Shown piece after piece: positions 26,231-32,000 of a DNA stretch of 32,000 nucleotides. Numbering within the stretch: position 1 is the stretch's first letter; every line of letters starts with the position of its first letter. The position numbers and the translations under genes were made by a program. The DNA is from Dubosiella newyorkensis. Lineage in GTDB: Bacteria; Bacillota_I; Bacilli_A; Erysipelotrichales; Erysipelotrichaceae. Location of the stretch: NCBI RefSeq assembly GCF_001945605.1, contig NZ_MPKA01000086.1, forward strand, positions 60,001 to 92,000, in the 5' to 3' direction. A model generated the notes under the pieces. It was not told where the DNA came from, made no database searches, and saw only the letters and a list, made by a program, of their open reading frames with translations.

Positions 26231-27502
26231 ATGTTAACGTTAGATTTAAACCATGCAAAATTAAAAGAAGATGTTAAAAGCTATCAAGAAGAGGTCAACA
26301 AGATCGATGAGACTTTAAGAAATCACACTTGTAAAGGAAACGACTTCACGGGATGGCTGACTTGGGCGCAAGACTATGACCGCAATGAATTCACCCGCAT
26401 CAAAGAATGCGCGAAACGTATCCAGGAAAACGGGGATGTATTGGTCGTATGCGGTATTGGAGGCTCGTATTTAGGCGCAAGAGCGGCGATCGAAATGATC
26501 AACGGGATCTATCCGGAAAACCAGATCGAGATCGTATATTTAGGAAATACGTTCTCAAGTTCTTATATCGCGCAAGTGATGAAATACATCGAAGGAAAGA
26601 GCGTCTATGTGAATGTTATCTCAAAATCAGGAACAACGACGGAAACGGCTCTTGCTTTCAGAATCTTGAAACAGTTCATGGAAGACAAATATGGCGAAGA
26701 GGCAAGCTCGCGCATCATCGCGACGACCGACAAAGCTAGAGGAACGCTTAAAGCGCTCGCCGAAGAACAAGGTTATGAGACTTTTGTCATTCCGGATGAT
26801 ATTGGAGGACGCTTCTCTGTCATCACACCTGTCGGCGTGCTTCCTATGGCGGCGGCCGGTATCGATATCGACGCGTTCATGAAAGGATATGCGGATGGTT
26901 CTGGCGAATATTCGGATCCTGATCTTGATAAAAACCCAGCGTATCGTTACGCGGTCGCTCGTCGTATTTTGCAGAATCAAGGCTATGATGTCGAATTGTT
27001 CGTCAATTATGAAACGCAAATGCAGATGGTGGCTGAATGGTGGAAACAGCTTTTTGGCGAAAGCGAAGGAAAAGATGGTCTTGGTATCTTGCCAGATAGC
27101 GCCAACTTCTCGACAGATCTTCACTCACTAGGCCAATTCGTGCAGGATGGTAAAAAAGTATTGTTCGAAACAAACCTCTATGTCGATCAACCAATGATCG
27201 ATATCACGTTCCCGAACGATAAAGAAGACAAAGACGGCATGAATTATCTTGCTGGAAAATCGGTCGACTGGGCAAATAAGATGGCGGCCAAAGGAACTCT
27301 TATGGCGCATGAAGAAACGGGTGGTATTCCTAACATCTTGATCACGATGCCAAGCATGTCCGCTTATGATTTTGGAAATATGTGCATGTTCTTCTTCAAA
27401 GCGATCGCGATGACAACGCTCATGAACGGAAGCAATCCATTCAATCAGCCTGGCGTTGAAGTCTACAAGAAAAACATGTTCAAGCTGTTAGGAAAAGAAT
27501 AG
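26231..27502 (+). CDS. pgi: Glucose-6-phosphate isomerase
   Basis: 'VVCGIGGSYLGARAA', 'NVISKSGTTTET', 'GGRFSV' and 'GESEGKDG' are Firmicute-type PGI blocks. Confidence 0.92.
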   Translation: MLTLDLNHAKLKEDVKSYQEEVNKIDETLRNHTCKGNDFTGWLTWAQDYDRNEFTRIKECAKRIQENGDVLVVCGIGGSYLGARAAIEMINGIYPENQIEIVYLGNTFSSSYIAQVMKYIEGKSVYVNVISKSGTTTETALAFRILKQFMEDKYGEEASSRIIATTDKARGTLKALAEEQGYETFVIPDDIGGRFSVITPVGVLPMAAAGIDIDAFMKGYADGSGEYSDPDLDKNPAYRYAVARRILQNQGYDVELFVNYETQMQMVAEWWKQLFGESEGKDGLGILPDSANFSTDLHSLGQFVQDGKKVLFETNLYVDQPMIDITFPNDKEDKDGMNYLAGKSVDWANKMAAKGTLMAHEETGGIPNILITMPSMSAYDFGNMCMFFFKAIAMTTLMNGSNPFNQPGVEVYKKNMFKLLGKE

Positions 27503-27524
27503 TCGTTCGATTACGGGATTGGTT

Positions 27525-27556
27525 AGAGTCAAACAGTGTGTTTGGCTCTTTTTTTT
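27525..27556 (+). terminator. Rho-independent terminator of pgi
   Basis: An 11-bp stem agagtcaaaca / tgtttggctct (one G-U pair), a 3-nt loop, then a T-run. Confidence 0.65.
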
Positions 27557-27570
27557 ACATATTTTTTACA
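27554..27570 (+). promoter_or_regulatory. PhoP-type Pho box (direct repeat) upstream of pstS
   Basis: TTTACA-tattt-TTTACA matches TT(A/T/C)ACA-N5-TT(A/T/C)ACA. It lies about 60 nt upstream of the pstS ATG. Confidence 0.5.
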
Positions 27571-27630
27571 AAATCAAGAATCAGAGTTGATGTTCAATCA
27601 CTAAAGTAAAGGCATAGAAAGAAGGATTTT

Positions 27631-28431
27631 ATGAAAAAACTAGCAACTATGATTGGACTCTGTACTTTGATTTTATTCAGTGGATGCTCAAACTCGAAAA
27701 AAGAGAATGTGTCCTTGAATGGATCGACCTCGATGGAAAAACTTGTCGGCACGCTAAGCGAAGTCTATCAAAAAGAAAATCCAGAAACAGACATCACATA
27801 TGATCCGACAGGATCGGGCGCTGGCATTCAAGCTGTACAAGAAGATCGGTGCGATATCGGTCTTTCGAGTCGCTATTTAAAAGAAGAAGAAAAAGAAGCA
27901 GGACTGAAAGAAACGATCGTAGCTCTTGATGGTATCGCTGTGATCGTCAACCCTGAAAATCCAATTTCCGACCTCTCGTTGGAACAAGTCGCCGACATCT
28001 TTACCGGAAAGATCACCAACTGGAAAGAGCTAGGCGGAAACGATCAAGAAATCGTATTGATCGGACGGGAAGCAGGAAGCGGAACAAGAGACGGTTTTGA
28101 AACGATCACCAAAACTGAAGAAAATTGTCAATATCGACAAGAGCTCACTTCGACAGGCGATGTGATCACGACAGTCTCCAGCAATCCAAGCGCGATTGGG
28201 TATGCTTCTTTGGAAGCGCTTGGCGATTCGGTAAAAGCGCTTTCGATCAATGGGGTGCCATGCGATGTTCAATCGATACAGGATCAAAAATATGCGCTTG
28301 TAAGACCCTTCATTTATGTCACCAAAAAAGAACTCGAAGGCGCGTCGAAACAATTTTACGACTTTTCGACCAGCCAAAAAGCCGTTCCTTATATAGAACA
28401 GGTAGGGCTTGTCGTTTATGAAAACCATTAA
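27631..28431 (+). CDS. pstS: Phosphate ABC transporter substrate-binding lipoprotein
   Basis: Signal peptide with lipobox 'LFSGCS', plus 'GSTSM', 'GSGAGI' and 'REAGSGTR' PstS-family blocks. Confidence 0.9.
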   Translation: MKKLATMIGLCTLILFSGCSNSKKENVSLNGSTSMEKLVGTLSEVYQKENPETDITYDPTGSGAGIQAVQEDRCDIGLSSRYLKEEEKEAGLKETIVALDGIAVIVNPENPISDLSLEQVADIFTGKITNWKELGGNDQEIVLIGREAGSGTRDGFETITKTEENCQYRQELTSTGDVITTVSSNPSAIGYASLEALGDSVKALSINGVPCDVQSIQDQKYALVRPFIYVTKKELEGASKQFYDFSTSQKAVPYIEQVGLVVYENH

Positions 28432-29299
28432 AAACAAAACGATCGAACAAATCGCGTCCTGGATCTTCTTTGCGATCGGGATGATCACGATCCTTTGCGT
28501 ACTTGTGATCACACTCTATTTGATCAGTTCTGGCCTTCCGGCGATCCAAAAGATCGGACTCAAAGAATTCTTATTTTCAAGTACATGGAATTCTACGGGA
28601 AGCGATCCAAAATTTGGGATCCTGCCTTTCATTTTGACGAGTTTATATGGAACGCTTGGCGCTTTGTTGCTTGCGGTTCCTGTTGGCATTGGCTGCGCGA
28701 TCTATCTATCCAAATTCGCGCCTCCTGCTTTGAAGAGATGTCTTTTGATGGGCATCCAAGTATTGGCGGGTATTCCTTCCGTCGTCTTTGGCTTGGTTGG
28801 AATGGTCGTTCTCGTTCCTTGGATCCGTTCTATGTTTCATTTGAGCGATGGGGCTTGTTTGTTGAGCGCGATGATCGTGTTGGCTATCATGATCTTGCCT
28901 TCGGTCGTCAATGTTTCGCTAAACGCATTAGACGCTGTTCCTAGCGAATATGAAGAAGCTTCGATTGCTTTAGGGGCGACAAAGCTAGAGACTGTAAGAA
29001 AAGTGAGTTTTCCTGCTGCTCGAAGCGGAATTCTCGCTTCGATCATCTTGGGGACGGGAAGGGCGATTGGAGAAGCGATGGCGGTGATCATGGTTTCGGG
29101 CAATGTCGCGAATATGCCGAATATGTTTCAGAGTGTGCGTTTTTTAACTACGGCGATCTCAAGCGAGATGTCGTATGCTTCGGGTCTTCAAAAAGAAGCA
29201 CTGTTTTCGATCGCTCTTGTCTTGTTTGTCTTTATCTTGCTCACGAATACGATCTTATCGAAACTTATGAAAGAAGTGCAATCCAATGATTCCCATTAA
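28418..29299 (+). CDS. pstC: Phosphate ABC transporter permease PstC
   Basis: Six TM segments and the EAA-type loop 'EYEEASIALGATKLETVRKV'. I prefer the ATG at 28418, which overlaps the end of pstS. Confidence 0.9.
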   Translation: MKTIKNKTIEQIASWIFFAIGMITILCVLVITLYLISSGLPAIQKIGLKEFLFSSTWNSTGSDPKFGILPFILTSLYGTLGALLLAVPVGIGCAIYLSKFAPPALKRCLLMGIQVLAGIPSVVFGLVGMVVLVPWIRSMFHLSDGACLLSAMIVLAIMILPSVVNVSLNALDAVPSEYEEASIALGATKLETVRKVSFPAARSGILASIILGTGRAIGEAMAVIMVSGNVANMPNMFQSVRFLTTAISSEMSYASGLQKEALFSIALVLFVFILLTNTILSKLMKEVQSNDSH

Positions 29300-30182
29300 A
29301 ACAAAAGAAATGCTTCTGATCCAAAGAAGCGCAGAAAAAACAAAACCGAATTATAGAAAGTGGAAAGATCGCCTATTCCAAGCTTCTTTATGGGGCGCGA
29401 TGAGCGTCTGCGCTGTATTGACGTTTTCGCTCATCGTGTATGTCGCGATCAAAGCGGTCCCGAACATCAATCTTGATTTTTTGCTTGGTCAACCAAGTTA
29501 TATTGAGGATACGATCGGTATTTTGCCTGCGATCCTCAATACGCTCTATTTACTGCTAGGCCCTCTACTCTTTGTCGTACCCCTAGGCGTGGGGGCGGCG
29601 ATTTATTTAAATGAATATTGTAAGAGCGCGCGTCTTGTTTCGCTGATCGAATATACGTCCGATATTTTGTCCGGGATCCCATCGATCGTTTATGGTCTTG
29701 TGGGGATGTTGTTTTTTTGTCAATTTTTCAATTTGCAGACTTCGATCTTGGCGGGCGCTTTGACGCTTGTCATCATGAATATTCCGACGATCATGAAAAC
29801 GACGCGCGAAAGTTTGAAGACTGTGCCAAATTCTTATCGTGAGGGGGCTCGGGCATTAGGAGCGGGCAAGTGGAAGACGATCCATACGGTTGTTTTAAAA
29901 AGCTGTAGGAGCGGGATGATCACGGGAATTTTGTTGACGGTCGGAAGGATCCTTGGTGAATCGGCGGCTCTTCTCTTGACGGCTGGTTTTGCGCAAGTGC
30001 TCAATCCAATTTATGAAGGAATGTTTTCTTCGGGCGCTTCTTTATCGGTGGCGATGTATGTGTTTGCGAAGGAGCGGGGAGAATTTGATGTTGCTTTCGG
30101 GATCGCGGGTATCCTGCTTATTTTGACGCTCATTATTTCGGTTGCGGCGCAGATCTTGGAAGCGAGAACGAAAGAGAGATGA
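29286..30182 (+). CDS. pstA: Phosphate ABC transporter permease PstA
   Basis: 'SYREGARALGAGKWKTI' EAA loop and polytopic topology. It overlaps the end of pstC. Confidence 0.9.
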   Translation: MIPIKTKEMLLIQRSAEKTKPNYRKWKDRLFQASLWGAMSVCAVLTFSLIVYVAIKAVPNINLDFLLGQPSYIEDTIGILPAILNTLYLLLGPLLFVVPLGVGAAIYLNEYCKSARLVSLIEYTSDILSGIPSIVYGLVGMLFFCQFFNLQTSILAGALTLVIMNIPTIMKTTRESLKTVPNSYREGARALGAGKWKTIHTVVLKSCRSGMITGILLTVGRILGESAALLLTAGFAQVLNPIYEGMFSSGASLSVAMYVFAKERGEFDVAFGIAGILLILTLIISVAAQILEARTKER

Positions 30183-30185
30183 TAT

Positions 30186-30944
30186 ATGATGAATCCTGTT
30201 TTACAAGCGAAAGGGCTTGATCTTTGGTATGGTGATCATCAAGCGCTTCATTCGATTTCGCTTGATATTTTTGAAAAGACAGTGGTCGCTTTGATTGGTC
30301 CGAGCGGATGTGGTAAATCAACTTTTTTGAAAACGCTCAATCGAATGAATGATTTGGTCGATAGTGTCCGGGTAGAAGGTGATGTGTTGTATGAAAGCCA
30401 TGATATTTTTGATCCAATTCTTGATGTGAACGATCTGAGAAAAGAAATTGGCATGGTTTTTCAAAAGCCAAATCCTTTTCCAATGAGTATTTATGACAAT
30501 ATCGCTTATGGGCCTAGGATCCATGGGATCAAAAACAAGCGGGTTCTTGATCAAATCGTTGAACAAGCTTTAAAAGACGCGGCTCTTTGGGACGAAGTGC
30601 ATGATCGGCTCAAAAAGAGCGCTTTGTCATTATCGGGAGGGCAACAACAGCGTTTGTGTATCGCGCGCGCTTTGGCGATCCAGCCCAAAGTGTTGTTGAT
30701 GGATGAGCCAACGAGTGCTCTAGATCCAATTTCTACGGCCAAGATTGAAGAATTGATCGATCAGCTTAAAACGAAGTATACGATCGTGATCGTCACTCAT
30801 AATATGCAGCAGGCGATGCGGATCGCTGATCAAACCGCCTTTTTCTTGATGGGAGAGCTGATCGAGTTCAACGATACGCAAGAGTTGTTTTTAAGACCGC
30901 AAGATCCTAGAACGAGCGACTATGTCAATGGGCGATTTGGATAG
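30186..30944 (+). CDS. pstB: Phosphate ABC transporter ATP-binding protein PstB
   Basis: 'GPSGCGKST' Walker A, 'LSGGQQQRL' signature, '[11 protein letters not shown]' Walker B, and a PstB-typical C-terminus, 'DYVNGRFG'. Confidence 0.95.
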   Translation: MMNPVLQAKGLDLWYGDHQALHSISLDIFEKTVVALIGPSGCGKSTFLKTLNRMNDLVDSVRVEGDVLYESHDIFDPILDVNDLRKEIGMVFQKPNPFPMSIYDNIAYGPRIHGIKNKRVLDQIVEQALKDAALWDEVHDRLKKSALSLSGGQQQRLCIARALAIQPKVLLMDEPTSALDPISTAKIEELIDQLKTKYTIVIVTHNMQQAMRIADQTAFFLMGELIEFNDTQELFLRPQDPRTSDYVNGRFG

Positions 30945-31277
30945 GAAGAGAATAGTATGAACAACTAGGATGCAGTCTACACAAACAAAAGAGGAAGATT
31001 GATATTTAACCTAGCAAAAACCGCTATTCCAACAATGTGAAATGAAATGGCTAAAAAGAGTTTCCCACAAATTATTTTTATATACGAAGGCATCAATCGT
31101 TTCATGAGTAAACTGAAAACTTTAATTCCAATCCATAAAGCGCTAAAAGCAATTTGGAATTATCTCGTACAAAAACCCGGGAAAAAAAGTGTTTTCTCAG
31201 GTTTTTCTGTATGAGTAAACTCTAAAATGATAAAATTTTAGCGGCTTGGAGGGTAAAAAAAGGTATATAAAAGCTAC

Positions 31278-31391
31278 TGCATTTAGTATTAATGGTGCAT
31301 CCCTTAAACCTTTGAAAATTCAAGTGGTAGAATGTCATAAGAAGAACAATTTGAATTCCAGAATGAGGAGGAATGAAAAATGGCAAAACAT
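31278..31391 (+). mobile_element. Solo left-end fragment of the same IS3-family element (114 nt; IRL through orfA codon 4)
   Basis: 31281-31391 is identical to 10440-10550 except for one mismatch (10471 c / 31312 t). A TG dinucleotide precedes both copies (10437 / 31278). Identity ends right after 'atggcaaaacat'. Confidence 0.85.
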
Positions 31392-31576
31392 GACATGGCT
31401 TTTTTGATTTGCCATCCTGCTTGTATCGATTCTGGATTATTGATTTTCAAAAACTTGTACAGGAAGGAAAAGCAAAATAAGACGATCCATAGGTGATTCA
31501 ATCGAATGGATTGGCTTTTCTGCTCAGAATGGAGAAGCATATTGCTCATATAAAAAAGTTTTTATAAAATCGTATT

Positions 31577-31999
31577 ATGAACGATATTAGAAATTTGTTT
31601 ATCCATCAAAAAAGATTAGAAAAAGGACTTTCTCTGGAAGAGTTGGCTGATGGAATTTGTTCACCTTCCTATCTTTCGCGGATCGAGCAAAATAAAGTCG
31701 TACCGGGTGAAGAGTTTTACAATTTGCTCGAAACGAAGCTTGGGATTCATTATTTAGAAGATCAGGAGGAAGAACGATTAAATGCGATGCTCGATTCATA
31801 TTTTAAACTGTATTTTGCAGAAGATCCAGATCTTCCTTTGGTTGCCAAAAAGATCAACAATAGTGCCGATCAGATGAAGGGATCAAGGCATTTTATAAAG
31901 TATTTGTTGTTTACGTATTTTTTCTCTTCATTTGAAAATAAAGAAATTCAAAATGAGCTCAAAAAATATCAAGACTTTATGAAGCAGGAGGAAGCAGAG
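31577..31999 (+). CDS. XRE-family HTH regulator, PlcR/RNPP-like (3' end outside the window)
   Basis: 'LSLEELADGICSPSYLSRIEQNKVVPGEEF' is an XRE HTH of the PlcR/Rgg style, followed by a helical repeat-like region. The frame is open to the window end. No clear SD. Confidence 0.65.
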   Translation, partial: MNDIRNLFIHQKRLEKGLSLEELADGICSPSYLSRIEQNKVVPGEEFYNLLETKLGIHYLEDQEEERLNAMLDSYFKLYFAEDPDLPLVAKKINNSADQMKGSRHFIKYLLFTYFFSSFENKEIQNELKKYQDFMKQEEAE

Positions 32000-32000
32000 C

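Noticed and set aside
26627-27124. 165-aa minus-strand ORF inside pgi
   Set aside because: It is antisense to a strongly conserved glycolytic gene and has shadow-frame composition with no start signals.
28030-28512. 160-aa minus-strand ORF, and the 149-aa + strand ORF at 28495-28944, over pstS/pstC
   Set aside because: Both overlap genes with clear PstS/PstC motifs in another frame. Neither has an independent RBS or a recognisable family.
30977-31105. 42-aa hydrophobic minus-strand ORF (MKRLMPSYIKIICGKLFLAISFHIVGIAVF...) as a type I toxin-like peptide
   Set aside because: It has no Shine-Dalgarno, promoter or antisense-RNA structure that I can identify. It lies in AT-rich debris where such ORFs arise by chance.
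31380-31496. 38-codon chimeric ORF (MAKHDMAFLICHPAC...) that uses the IS orfA RBS and start
   Set aside because: It is a by-product of the truncation junction. It could be translated, but there is no evidence of function or conservation. I note it only as a scar.
31304-31549. 81-aa minus-strand ORF divergent from the XRE regulator (possible signalling-peptide precursor)
   Set aside because: It runs through the IS left-end fragment, so it cannot be an ancestral gene. It has no SD and no signal-peptide-like N-terminus.
1-32000. CRISPR arrays, tRNA/rRNA genes, riboswitches
   Set aside because: I found no regularly spaced direct repeats, no cloverleaf-like T-arm motifs and no recognisable riboswitch cores in the intergenic regions. 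The only repeats longer than 100 nt are the two IS left ends.

Overview
This looks like a chromosomal segment from a low-GC Gram-positive (Bacillota-type) organism, judging by GGAGG Shine-Dalgarno sites, a lipobox on PstS and TTGACA/TATAAT promoters.

Left third: the tail of an ABC exporter, typA and an esterase. These are followed by an accessory patch rich in acyl/acetyl-transfer functions:
- a stand-alone NRPS-type adenylation enzyme coupled to a GNAT
- a decayed Gfo/Idh/MocA gene
- an AraC-GNAT fusion coupled to a CAT-family acetyltransferase
- a MarR + GNAT cassette

Middle: a 3'-truncated IS3-family element is fused to a decayed GT2 glycosyltransferase remnant. Next comes the most interesting unit: a regulator gene plus a ~8.6 kb, 10-gene, translationally coupled operon. 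Its gene content matches the E. coli yhfZYXW-php-yhfUTS set, which as far as I recall has no assigned function. Here the order differs, and the set is extended by a compact amidase-signature protein and a two-piece ThrE (YjjP/YjjB-like) exporter.

Right third:
- a compositionally foreign TetR (in-frame TGA) / PaaK-like ligase islet
- NifU-like and DUF212/PAP2-like genes, ribokinase and pgi
- pstSCAB with a PhoP-type box but no phoU
- a 114-nt solo copy of the IS left end, a direct repeat of the one 20,841 nt upstream
- the start of a PlcR/RNPP-like XRE regulator

I recognised no rRNA, tRNA or CRISPR array. GATC is at least 4-fold over-represented in the native parts and at expectation in the TetR/ligase islet. 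All family calls rest on motifs read by eye and on memory; no searches were run.
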